A DNA stretch of 64,000 bases. It comes from a phage. A model generated the notes under the pieces. That model had not been told where the DNA came from. It ran no database searches and was given only the letters and a program-made list of their open reading frames with translations. The stretch is from the sequence record PZ386967.1; one strand, written 5' to 3'. The position numbers were made by a program, and so were the translations under genes. Shown here piece by piece: positions 47,201 to 55,446 of this stretch (position 1 is its first letter; each line of letters starts with the position of its first letter).

Positions 47201-47342
47201 TACAGATTTTAAAGTCTCTCTAACTAAGAAAAGATTGCCTAGTAAACTGTATGAGATAAGGATTGGTGGGGTGTCTACAGTAGCTGTTACCGATTGTTCT
47301 ATTCTAGTCAGAAGTAAAAAAGGTGATTGGTATTACTGGTAG
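44289..47342 (+). CDS. tailspike protein with N-terminal adaptor region and internal conserved anchor module (TSP4-like)
   Basis: 1017 aa from ATG 44289; internal about 150-aa module (VVYFSVGAVLSGYKVIYDK...HSAGSVDLGALAVSREEYVTLPGSFDTGVTVNTKNELVV...) shared with three downstream genes; Asn/Gly-rich C-terminal half consistent with a beta-helix. Confidence 0.65.
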   Translation: MANKPTQPVFPLGLVAEEQSTLAGVVNTGTIEHGPDAVLTLPEGNASAGLPSSVRYNADSDEFEGFYENGGWLPLGGGGIRWEVLPHASTVMLTEGRGYLINNTTGASTVVLPSPTRIGDSVTICDAYGKFATYPLTVSPSGNNLYGSTEDMAITTDNVSATFTWSGPEQGWIITSGVGLGQGRVYSREIFTKILASETSTVTLNTPPTIVDVYADGKRLAESKYSLDGNVITFSPSLPASTELQVIEYTPIQLGNGGGSSSSTITWVYNGGSAIGGETEITLDVVVDDVPAIDINGSRQYKNLGFTFDPLTSKITLAQELEPEDEVVVIINGTPNIYNQIDHTLREVARVTNVKDTEVVYFSVGAVLSGYKVIYDKVTQRSYFIPELPTGTTAVSLSSSAVLVHSAGSVDLGALAVSREEYVTLPGSFDTGVTVNTKNELVVSNDIKYRWDGSVPKVVPPESTPLGTGGVGPGAWLVVGVVGLEQRLASWKGSSLIDSGSLSLYKKSGVFGDGGNVSDKYQVVLHSDGFWYKYNGTLPVSYGAAPDSSWTNVGKLTGFNEHSPENFGAIPNDPSFDCLPAIKLAIATGTLNLNGNSTYHVTDEVVIPSYLRGNLNGATIKAIGSVWPTLKAVVRVSKFPVGTATVDVANTENQVRGLRLIGSLNVDCADIASYGFYARLLCAESEMGSIYAYNANRYGIVMFACWYFQMGTLHANNCARGMALGYSTEGEQGDTYVNATHFPHISAWGTDKSTGLGYDPITDDASKYTIGAGIILGRGLSTSVGVICSENTAGAGVVTMDPAAWDIGVMYCEGNSKDFTQEGEPKVSLLSSKANSESHTLTISTLHLSAGCGILTRSNQERVLIRSLYRFDNAKTFHSYCTADTVEVGSSNYYVLNGHNYNAPAALIKEPLNVDFVRSGLTLSEWTSTVIGHFAGSTAEQQLYVKLPASPSGLDLQIDSEDGTEYITVTGTDFKVSLTKKRLPSKLYEIRIGGVSTVAVTDCSILVRSKKGDWYYW

Positions 47343-47350
47343 TATAATAA

Positions 47351-47380
47351 AAAGCCCCCAATTTTGGGGGCTTTTATTAT
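47351..47380 (+). terminator. rho-independent terminator
   Basis: Hairpin AAAGCCCCC-AATTTT-GGGGGCTTT followed by a T-run. Confidence 0.6.
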
Positions 47381-47414
47381 ATAGAGTTTACTGTTTTCAT
47401 TACCCTGATTGATA
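47374..47414 (+). repeat. about 40-nt intergenic repeat, copy 1
   Basis: TATATAGAGTTTACTGTTTTCATTACCCTGATTGATA; near-identical copy at 55206..55246. Confidence 0.6.
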
Positions 47415-47597
47415 ATGCTGTTGGCTCTCTCGGGTTGTCATCAAACGGGTATAAGAACTTTATAGGTGATATCAATGATGGGTCAGCGTATTTTTATTTC
47501 ACCAACATAGATGGATCAAGAATATCGGGGTCGTCTGTTTATGATGGGTGGGGTGATGTTGGTATACATTTTGAAATGTGTCTGGAATAGGAGTGTC

Positions 47598-47696
47598 AAA
47601 CCCCGCTTTGGCGGGGTTCTTATTATACCTTTGTTCATAAATTTGATTAGTTCAGACTAAATACTCCATATTGGTCATCCTTTATGGGGTATTATC
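47598..47696 (+). repeat. duplicated tailspike upstream cassette, copy 1 (hairpin, late-promoter-like motif, leader hairpin)
   Basis: About 85% identical by eye to 50575..50675; includes GACTAAATAC at 47655-47664 and leader hairpin ATACTCCATA / TATGGGGTAT at 47661-47692. Confidence 0.6.
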
Positions 47697-50126
47697 ATGA
47701 TTTCTCAATTCAATCAACCACGCGGCTCCACTTCCATAGAAGTTAACAAACAATCTATCGCTCGAAATTTCGGTGTCAAAGAAGACGAAGTCGTTTATTT
47801 CACTGCTGGTATTGATCTCAGTGGATTTAAAGTAATTTATAATGAGTCTACCCAACGGGCTTATTCTCTTCCTTCAGGTATTGTTTCAGGAACGACTGCG
47901 ATAAGTCTGGATAAAAGAGCTATCCTCACTCATTCAGCGGGTTCTGTTGATCTTGGGGAATTAGCAGTAAGCCGCGAAGAATACGTAACCTTACCTGGTT
48001 CATTTGATACTGGTGTAACTGTTAATACTAAGAATGAATTAGTTGTCTTTACCGATGGTAAGTATCGCTGGGATGGGGCACTGCCTAAAGAAGTGCCTGC
48101 TGGTTCAACCCCTACATCAACCGGTGGTGTTGGAACAGGTGCATGGGTTAGTGTTGGTGATGCGAGTTTGAGGTCAATAGCTCAATACAGAGCCAATACC
48201 ATTGAAGATTTAAAATCATTGCCATTTGCGGTTGGAGATATTGTTAATGTCGCTGGGTATTATGATGTTTTTGATGGGGCACAGCATTACCGAGTGATTA
48301 GTGGTACAGATGATGGAACAGGGGTTCAGCTCAATAATGGTTTGTGGGCAAATATTATCATTAATGGCGATGCTTGTGTAGATTGGTTTGGCGCTAAAGG
48401 TGATGGTGTTGCAGATGACTGGTGGGCAATCAATAAAGCTATTAACGCCTCGCTCTCTACCGATTATCAGGGTGGTTGGTGGGAGACGTCAAGTAGAAAC
48501 CCTAAATTTAAAGTTAGACTTAGTAGACGCTCTTACAGAATCACTAAACAGATTTTACTACCCCCTTACATAGAGTTTTATGGTATGGGTTCGCGCTGGT
48601 ATTTTTCGGGTGATAATAATTCTCGCTTAATCCCTGATTTTGATAATCCGTTGCAATTCGCTGTGAAATCTGCTAGCTATATTGTTGAAACCGGTGAACT
48701 AGCACCTGAGGGGTGGTATTCTGGGGTGGTTTGGGTTGACCCAAAAAAACTAACGACTTGTCATGGTATTAAAACTTATGGATATAGCATCGAACCAACA
48801 AAACAAATTTTAGGCGGTATAAGACTGATAGCGAGTCCAATTTCTCATGTATACGATATATTCATAACAAATGTTGATTTTGGAGTTTTACTGAATTGTT
48901 CATGGGTGAGTAAGGTTGACGTTAAAACTCATCATAATAAATGCGGGGTTATGTCTAGTCATGATGGTAATAACACTCACGTGGATGGTTATTTTACAGG
49001 GACAGAAATCAAACCGCTTGATGGTAATCCTTACCTCAACCCAATAGAGTCTTTAGACTCTACAACAGGGCTCCAAGACCAATCTATATCTGACCCAGAC
49101 AGTAAAATAGGTGTGATTTTTTATTGGTCACAGGGGTCAACAAGTACGAATATGACGTGTGAGGGTAACACTATTTCGTTGGCTGTGGCTAAGGGTGGTG
49201 CTGATGTAAGGTGTTTATACTCAGAACGTAATTCAGATTGTACATTTACTGGGTACAGTTCACTAGTTACAATTGGTGAAATAACTGGCATTGGTGACGG
49301 TGGAACTTTTGAGCTTGGTGTAAATAATACTATTTCGTTAGACAAAGACACTCAGTATGGTGTCGCTAAACGATTTAAGTACGTGAGCGAGTGGGGTAAT
49401 AAGCTGTTTATGCCCTCTAGCTGGAAAGAATACACCAAAGGTTGTTTAGTTGAAGGGTTTGATTATAGCGAAATTTTTGTAGATGCGATAAATGGAGATG
49501 ACACCAATGTTGGCTCCAGTCTTCACCCTGTGAAAACTTTGGAGAGAGCTCTAACGCTTGTGAATTCAGTGTATACTACATCTGACTTGCTAAGCTCAGT
49601 GCCGAGGGATAGAGTAATAAAGTTAGTAGGCTCAGCAACATACTACCCAGACGGACAGCATAGGTTCGTGGGCGGCTCGTTAAAAATTACAAAAGCTGAT
49701 AACTCACGACCGACTGTTAATTTATCAAAACCAATCCGATTTAACGACACATCCCTAGTATTTGAGGAAGTAAATTTAGTGCGACCAACAGATGACCACG
49801 GGAATAATGAGAATGGCGCAATTTTCCTTGAGGATGGGTGTAATGAAGTCAGATTGAAAAACTGCGATCTAAGTCTACAAAAATTCAGCTTCTTATATCC
49901 TACTTGGGGCTTTGCTGGAATATGTACCTTGGTGTTAAACGGGGTTAGTGTTACTGGTGATTCAACAACAAGAATGATACAAACAGCTGATGGATATCAT
50001 GATTTGCACTTGTTTAATGTAATTAGCTACGAGACAACTTACACTGGAGGAATAGAGTCAAGACCAGATAAAGGCTATGATATACCAGCAGATAGACGTG
50101 GTCATATATTGGGTGTATCAATATAA
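47697..50126 (+). CDS. tailspike protein with N-terminal anchor module (TSP1-like)
   Basis: 809 aa; the conserved module sits at the N-terminus; a 50-nt stretch (48114-48163) is identical to 51597-51646; Asn/Gly-rich C-terminal region. Confidence 0.65.
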   Translation: MISQFNQPRGSTSIEVNKQSIARNFGVKEDEVVYFTAGIDLSGFKVIYNESTQRAYSLPSGIVSGTTAISLDKRAILTHSAGSVDLGELAVSREEYVTLPGSFDTGVTVNTKNELVVFTDGKYRWDGALPKEVPAGSTPTSTGGVGTGAWVSVGDASLRSIAQYRANTIEDLKSLPFAVGDIVNVAGYYDVFDGAQHYRVISGTDDGTGVQLNNGLWANIIINGDACVDWFGAKGDGVADDWWAINKAINASLSTDYQGGWWETSSRNPKFKVRLSRRSYRITKQILLPPYIEFYGMGSRWYFSGDNNSRLIPDFDNPLQFAVKSASYIVETGELAPEGWYSGVVWVDPKKLTTCHGIKTYGYSIEPTKQILGGIRLIASPISHVYDIFITNVDFGVLLNCSWVSKVDVKTHHNKCGVMSSHDGNNTHVDGYFTGTEIKPLDGNPYLNPIESLDSTTGLQDQSISDPDSKIGVIFYWSQGSTSTNMTCEGNTISLAVAKGGADVRCLYSERNSDCTFTGYSSLVTIGEITGIGDGGTFELGVNNTISLDKDTQYGVAKRFKYVSEWGNKLFMPSSWKEYTKGCLVEGFDYSEIFVDAINGDDTNVGSSLHPVKTLERALTLVNSVYTTSDLLSSVPRDRVIKLVGSATYYPDGQHRFVGGSLKITKADNSRPTVNLSKPIRFNDTSLVFEEVNLVRPTDDHGNNENGAIFLEDGCNEVRLKNCDLSLQKFSFLYPTWGFAGICTLVLNGVSVTGDSTTRMIQTADGYHDLHLFNVISYETTYTGGIESRPDKGYDIPADRRGHILGVSI

Positions 50127-50574
50127 ATAATTGATATTATGCTTCATGGTGATTGTGGGTGATTCACCCACGATTACTTTTAGGTACTACAGTTGATAAT
50201 TCAGATTGATACATTGGATTGGCAGGTGCGTGTAATACTGCACTTGAATTTTGATACATAAATCCGGCACCCTCCCTCACCCTCAACGCGCCCAATTGCC
50301 CCCATAGGAGGCTCATTACCTCCTTGTGGGCTTTGTTGTTTTTGTGGCTGCTGTTGCTGACTACATTCTATGTATGGATGTATCTCATCATACTAAGCAT
50401 TATCTAAGAGCCATCCTATGATACGACCCCATTGGGATTCCTAACTTCACAACTACGGTAATATTATGAATTAATCAGGTGAACTGCTCCTAGTCAGACT
50501 GGAGGAACGATTGAAGACTCTGTTTGATAATCAGGCAAGGGATAGATAGGATCGTGGTTTTGGAGAGTAAAATC

Positions 50575-50675
50575 AAAACCCCTCTTCGGCGGGTTCTTGT
50601 TATACCTTTGTTCATAAATTTATTAGTTCAGACTAAATACCCCATATTGGCAAATCCTCTATGGGGTATCTTCAA
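50575..50675 (+). repeat. duplicated tailspike upstream cassette, copy 2
   Basis: Contains GACTAAATAC at 50631-50640 and perfect 10-bp leader hairpin ATACCCCATA / TATGGGGTAT at 50637-50669; the ORF-track ATG at 50661 lies inside the hairpin arm. Confidence 0.6.
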
Positions 50676-53180
50676 ATGACCAGAAACGTCGAGAGCATCT
50701 TTGGAGCGGTCGTAACAGCTCCGCACCAGATTCCATACACTTACACAGCAACGGGTGGAGAGAAGTTTATCTCCCTCCCTTTCTACCCTGTCACTGGTAT
50801 AGTCACAATCAACGGTGGCATGCAAGTTCCGTTAGACAACTTTGAAATCGATGGAAATACGTTGAATCTCGGACGCGCATTATCCAAAGGTGACGTTGTG
50901 TTCTGTCTGTTTGATAAGATTCTGTCTCCAGAAGATTATAAAACCGGGGTTCGAATCTATAAGTTTCAGGCTATAGGAGGTGAAACCGAGTTCACTCCTG
51001 ATTACACATATTATGGAGTCCAATCTCTTTATATCGGTGGTGAGTACAAAACACCCGAAATTGAATATTCCTATGACAGCACGACAGGGAAAGTGTCTTT
51101 ACAAACTGCGCTGACTGCAGGCGTTTGGGTAGTCGCTGAAATGTCTGTTAAACAACCGAATATCAGTCCGTTGTTTGACCGAAGTATTCAAGAAATCGCT
51201 CGTGCAACTAACGTTAAGGACAGTGAAGTAATTCTTAGCACTGACACTACGCAATTATTGAATGGTAAAAAGATTGTCTACTCTGTTAGTGAGCAGAAGT
51301 CATATGGGTTACCTTCATTACCCTCTAACATATACATCTCATCCGTTAGTAATGGGCAGTTAACGTACAATCCAGGTAATATTACTGTTACTTTGTTACC
51401 TACTCATCAAGAGTCGAATACCAGAGAATTGTGGAGACGTTTACTTGCAGAAGCAGGTTTATCTCTCGTTGCTGGTAGCTTTGAAGAAGGTGCAACAGTT
51501 AATAGTGAAACGGATGCTGTTTGGCACATCGCTGGTGGTCAGTGCTATACGTGGGAGGGTGCACTACCTAAAGTTGTCCCCGCTGACTCAACCACTACAT
51601 CAACCGGTGGTGTTGGAACAGGTGCATGGGTTAGTGTTGGTGATGCTTCATTGAAGTCAGAATTGGCTAAACCTACAGGAGCAGGTTTTTCAGGTTTTGA
51701 TAAGTCAATTGATTACGAAACTGGTACTGTTGGCAATGCGCTTAAGAAAATTATAAATGTCAACCCGGATATGTATCCATCATTACAGGATGCGATTGAT
51801 GCTGCGGCAGCTTTAACAGGTTTAGAACATGCACCAAGTAGTGCTGCTAACCATCCTGACTGGCTACAACCTAACACTGTAAGCAAAGTTATCAGGCTGA
51901 ATGGGAAGAAATATCCTATCAGTACGACACTACACATTCACGGAGATGTTAGCATTGATGCTGGTTTCGGTGGGGTATACCTGACAGATGACTTCATAGC
52001 AGACTCATCTGGTTATGCTGTAAAGTGTGATAAAGGTACAGGTAATCAATACGCTGGGCACATTAGCAATCTTTTAATTGATGCCCGTGCAAAAACTGTT
52101 AATGGATTTAAAATATCTGATGGTTATGCCAACAAGTTAGATGGCATTTACGTAGCCAATATTGATGGTCATGGCATCCATATTGCTGGCGGTATGGGTG
52201 TGCACCTATTGAAGTTTTATGCTGTTGGTGTATTAAAACCAACTAATCCACTCAGCACAGCCCACATTGTTGAAGGTAGCGATCATCAGGTTAGTATGGG
52301 TGAAGGTCGTTATTTCCGATTTGGTACCTGGGTTCGTGGTGGTGGCAATAACAGAATTAGTAAGGTGCACAACTGGGGCATGTATGACGATACAGTCACT
52401 GACCAGAACTCAAGGATGAAATGCTGCTTTGTTGTACAGAACTCAATAAACAATTCCTTCAATCAATGTTTTGCAGATTCTCCATCAAAATGGGACTACG
52501 CGAAAGCTAATTTAGATCCTGTAGATGGTTATATTAACGGCGGGATTGGCTTTTTTATTGATGGTGGAGCCACCGGTAATACGTTCTCTCAATGCCAGAC
52601 GTTTGTGAATATGAATGCGTTTAATGACGCAGGGCTATCTTCATATACGGCATCACTAATGCCATTCGCCGTTGGTAGTATCAACTGTTCATTCATTGAG
52701 TGTGAAAACTCAAACTCACCAGCATGGGTGGCAAGGCTGATAACTCATATTTACTCTGCGGACCAGACATTTACTAACATACTTGCAGCTAAGAATTTTG
52801 TTGGTATAGAGTATGATATGGTTTGCAATAGTACAATTTTCAGGAAAAATGTTGGAGTTCCTGTATTGGTAAGAAATCCAAAGTTCGAGACGCCAACAGC
52901 AAGTTATGCGCCTGACTTTTCAGACGCATCTTACATCGCAGCTACAGTTACAGGAGATGTAACAATAACTCCAGCAGTATTAACAAATACACTAATTGGT
53001 TATGTTGAGGTTCTTTTGGCTGTCTATTCAACAACATCTAAAACAATAACATTTGGTGCAAATGTTAAATTAGCAAGCAATACCCCATCTTTGACAGCAG
53101 CTGGAACACAAGTTTTTAGGTTGTCAACAACTGATGAAGGAGCAACCTGGTTTTGTAAGTTCGAGAGTGCTTACTCGTAA
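50676..53180 (+). CDS. tailspike protein with N-terminal adaptor region and internal anchor module (TSP2-like)
   Basis: Start moved to ATG 50676; conserved module at about residues 170-330, including TSTGGVGTGAWVSVGDASL identical to the 47697 gene. Confidence 0.6.
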   Translation: MTRNVESIFGAVVTAPHQIPYTYTATGGEKFISLPFYPVTGIVTINGGMQVPLDNFEIDGNTLNLGRALSKGDVVFCLFDKILSPEDYKTGVRIYKFQAIGGETEFTPDYTYYGVQSLYIGGEYKTPEIEYSYDSTTGKVSLQTALTAGVWVVAEMSVKQPNISPLFDRSIQEIARATNVKDSEVILSTDTTQLLNGKKIVYSVSEQKSYGLPSLPSNIYISSVSNGQLTYNPGNITVTLLPTHQESNTRELWRRLLAEAGLSLVAGSFEEGATVNSETDAVWHIAGGQCYTWEGALPKVVPADSTTTSTGGVGTGAWVSVGDASLKSELAKPTGAGFSGFDKSIDYETGTVGNALKKIINVNPDMYPSLQDAIDAAAALTGLEHAPSSAANHPDWLQPNTVSKVIRLNGKKYPISTTLHIHGDVSIDAGFGGVYLTDDFIADSSGYAVKCDKGTGNQYAGHISNLLIDARAKTVNGFKISDGYANKLDGIYVANIDGHGIHIAGGMGVHLLKFYAVGVLKPTNPLSTAHIVEGSDHQVSMGEGRYFRFGTWVRGGGNNRISKVHNWGMYDDTVTDQNSRMKCCFVVQNSINNSFNQCFADSPSKWDYAKANLDPVDGYINGGIGFFIDGGATGNTFSQCQTFVNMNAFNDAGLSSYTASLMPFAVGSINCSFIECENSNSPAWVARLITHIYSADQTFTNILAAKNFVGIEYDMVCNSTIFRKNVGVPVLVRNPKFETPTASYAPDFSDASYIAATVTGDVTITPAVLTNTLIGYVEVLLAVYSTTSKTITFGANVKLASNTPSLTAAGTQVFRLSTTDEGATWFCKFESAYS

Positions 53181-53184
53181 AACT

Positions 53185-53210
53185 AACCCCGCTTCGGCGG
53201 GGTTTCTTAG
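53185..53210 (+). terminator. terminator-like hairpin
   Basis: Hairpin AACCCCGC-TTCG-GCGGGGTT followed by TTCTTAG. Confidence 0.45.
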
Positions 53211-53228
53211 AAAAACAAAGAGGTCGTT

Positions 53229-55145
53229 ATGAACGAAATGTTCTCACAAGGTGGTAAAGGCTCTACTGGTATTCTTACCAATAAGCAAGCCATTGCCCGT
53301 AAGTTTGGTGTTAAACAGAATGAGGTAGTCTACTTTGCTGTAGGTGTAGACTTAGGTGGTTACAAAGTAATTTATGATAAGGCTACTCAGCGTGCCTATT
53401 CCTTGCCTGCTGACATTGGTTCAGGGGTGACTGCTGTAAGTCTTGGTACTAATGCCGTACTTGTACATTCAGCTGGTTCCGTAGATCTTGGGGAATTAGC
53501 CGTATCTCGTGAAGAATACGTTACATTGTCTGGGTCGTTTGACAATGGTGCTACACTTAATGTTAAAAATGAATTGCTTACCCATACAACAGGTAAGTAT
53601 CGCTGGGATGGTGAGTTACCTAAAACCGTTTCTTCTGGCTCAACTCCTGAAAGTGCTGGAGGTACTGGGTTAGACAAGTGGGTTAGTGTTGGTGATGCAG
53701 CCTTGAGAATCAATCTTGCATCTGATGATGGCGCTGGTCTGGTCGGATTTAAGTCACCTCTGGCCAACTCCATTAAGCGAACACTACATGATAAAAATAA
53801 AGACCTGGTGTCAGTCAAGGACTTCGGGGCTGTTGGCGACGGTGTGACCGATGATACCGCCGCGTTTCAGGCAGCAATAGATTCGAAAAAGAGTTTATAC
53901 ATACCGGATGGTATTTATCTTATAAGCTCTACTTTAATCATAACTGCCACTGATAGTCTATGTATTGTTGGTAATAGTTTTGGACATGTTAATGACCAAA
54001 CAACAGGTTCAGTAATTAAGTTTACCGGGTTAGCGTCACCCGCCATTCGGGTTCAAGGTGGTGCGATAGGAGCTAAGATTTCTGGACTTTTCTTGGATAT
54101 TCAGGACTCATCGTCTGATGGTTTTGATTTCGGAGGGGCTTGGTACCTAAAACTTCAAGATTGCGTTGTCAGAAACGCCCGGTACGGTGTTTATTTACAT
54201 TACGACGCCCCAGACTATTTTTCCGGGGTGGCTGAGCTAACTTCATGCTATTTCGCTAAATGTGCAAATGGTGTAAAAACGTCAAAAGTAGATATCAACG
54301 TAGTTAAAGTTGATAATTGTACTTTCTTTGATGGTGTTAACGGTGTTCTTATCGGAGACTCAGGTACTGCAAGTAGTGTACGAAATTTCATAGTCAGAGA
54401 CTCTCTATTTGAAGCAAACACGGGCTATGACGTAGGTGTTGTCGCCGGGGGTGCACAGCAGTTACTGGTAGATGGTAACTACTTTGAAGAGAATACTGCT
54501 TCTTCTTTAGCCAGGGTATATGTTGCAGATGATAGTCACTCACCGCGTTCTTCTTCTGTTTCAATAACCAACAACACGTTTAGCAAAGATACGACAGGCG
54601 ATCTTATTTTCCTGTCCGGTATTTCCGGTGTTCTTGTTAAACAAAACTGGTCAGCATTTGGGGGTATAGGTTTTGTAAGGGCTATTAATATCGACAATTA
54701 TGAGATAGATAGATGCTCTACCGTATCTGGAGCAACAGCCTGTAATGTTGTTATAGATAACGTCTTACAAGTACCTGACACTTCTGTTAATAAGATTTAT
54801 ATTAACAAGGCCCAAGAATACGCATTTATTGGGTCTACCGTCGCAAAAAGGTCGAGTGCATGTACACGGGCAATGATCAATTTTAATGGAATTTCGGGGT
54901 CGTCAGTGTATGCGGATGGAGCAACTGTAACTAAAACCGGGACCGGTAAATATACCGTCAACCTATCTAATACTATGCCCTCCTCTGCTTATGCTGTTTT
55001 ATGCAGTGTTGGCAATACCACTAGCGGAGGGAAATTAGTAATTAATGTCGTAAGTACATCCCCTGACTCTTTTAACTTAGAAGTTTTTGACCTTTCTGGA
55101 TCGTATCAAGATTCAGGATACATATCTGCCGCAGTTGTTATGTAA
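53229..55145 (+). CDS. tailspike protein with N-terminal anchor module and beta-helix-like C-terminus (TSP3-like)
   Basis: 638 aa; N-terminal module about 65% identical to that of the 47697 gene; C-terminal repeats typical of right-handed beta-helix (pectate-lyase-like) folds. Confidence 0.65.
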   Translation: MNEMFSQGGKGSTGILTNKQAIARKFGVKQNEVVYFAVGVDLGGYKVIYDKATQRAYSLPADIGSGVTAVSLGTNAVLVHSAGSVDLGELAVSREEYVTLSGSFDNGATLNVKNELLTHTTGKYRWDGELPKTVSSGSTPESAGGTGLDKWVSVGDAALRINLASDDGAGLVGFKSPLANSIKRTLHDKNKDLVSVKDFGAVGDGVTDDTAAFQAAIDSKKSLYIPDGIYLISSTLIITATDSLCIVGNSFGHVNDQTTGSVIKFTGLASPAIRVQGGAIGAKISGLFLDIQDSSSDGFDFGGAWYLKLQDCVVRNARYGVYLHYDAPDYFSGVAELTSCYFAKCANGVKTSKVDINVVKVDNCTFFDGVNGVLIGDSGTASSVRNFIVRDSLFEANTGYDVGVVAGGAQQLLVDGNYFEENTASSLARVYVADDSHSPRSSSVSITNNTFSKDTTGDLIFLSGISGVLVKQNWSAFGGIGFVRAINIDNYEIDRCSTVSGATACNVVIDNVLQVPDTSVNKIYINKAQEYAFIGSTVAKRSSACTRAMINFNGISGSSVYADGATVTKTGTGKYTVNLSNTMPSSAYAVLCSVGNTTSGGKLVINVVSTSPDSFNLEVFDLSGSYQDSGYISAAVVM

Positions 55146-55162
55146 GTAATAATCACTTAAAA

Positions 55163-55191
55163 ACAACCCCACTTCTATGGGGTTGTTTTTA
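55163..55191 (+). terminator. rho-independent terminator
   Basis: Hairpin AACAACCCCA-CTTCTA-TGGGGTTGTT followed by TTTTT. Confidence 0.55.
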
Positions 55192-55205
55192 CTTATTAAT
55201 AATAC

Positions 55206-55246
55206 TTTTTATATAGAGTTTACTGTTTGCATTACCCTAATCGATA
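55206..55246 (+). repeat. about 40-nt intergenic repeat, copy 2
   Basis: TATATAGAGTTTACTGTTTGCATTACCCTAATCGATA; about 36 of 39 positions identical to 47374..47414. Confidence 0.6.
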
Positions 55247-55404
55247 CAGCAGTTAAGGTAATAGTCTGACCTGATATATTAAACATACCTAATTGAATAC
55301 CATCTACCATGAATGGCAGAGGTCTCGAATCCATGACCATAACCACAGAAAGATAATCAAAGCCCCTTCGGGCTTATTTCTTTCTATTCCTCGGTTGGTT
55401 GTAT

Positions 55405-55413
55405 ACTAAATAT
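55405..55413 (+). promoter_or_regulatory. late-promoter-like motif ACTAAATAT
   Basis: 42 nt upstream of ATG 55447, which has a GGAG SD. Confidence 0.4.
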
Positions 55414-55446
55414 CTCTATAATGGCACCTATCGATGGAGCATCAAA

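Noticed and set aside
50611-50640. Group I intron R-element-like sequence (GTTCAGACTAAATAC) in the tailspike upstream cassette
   Set aside because: Only a partial match to one conserved element, with no P, Q or S partners nearby; better explained as the late-promoter motif.
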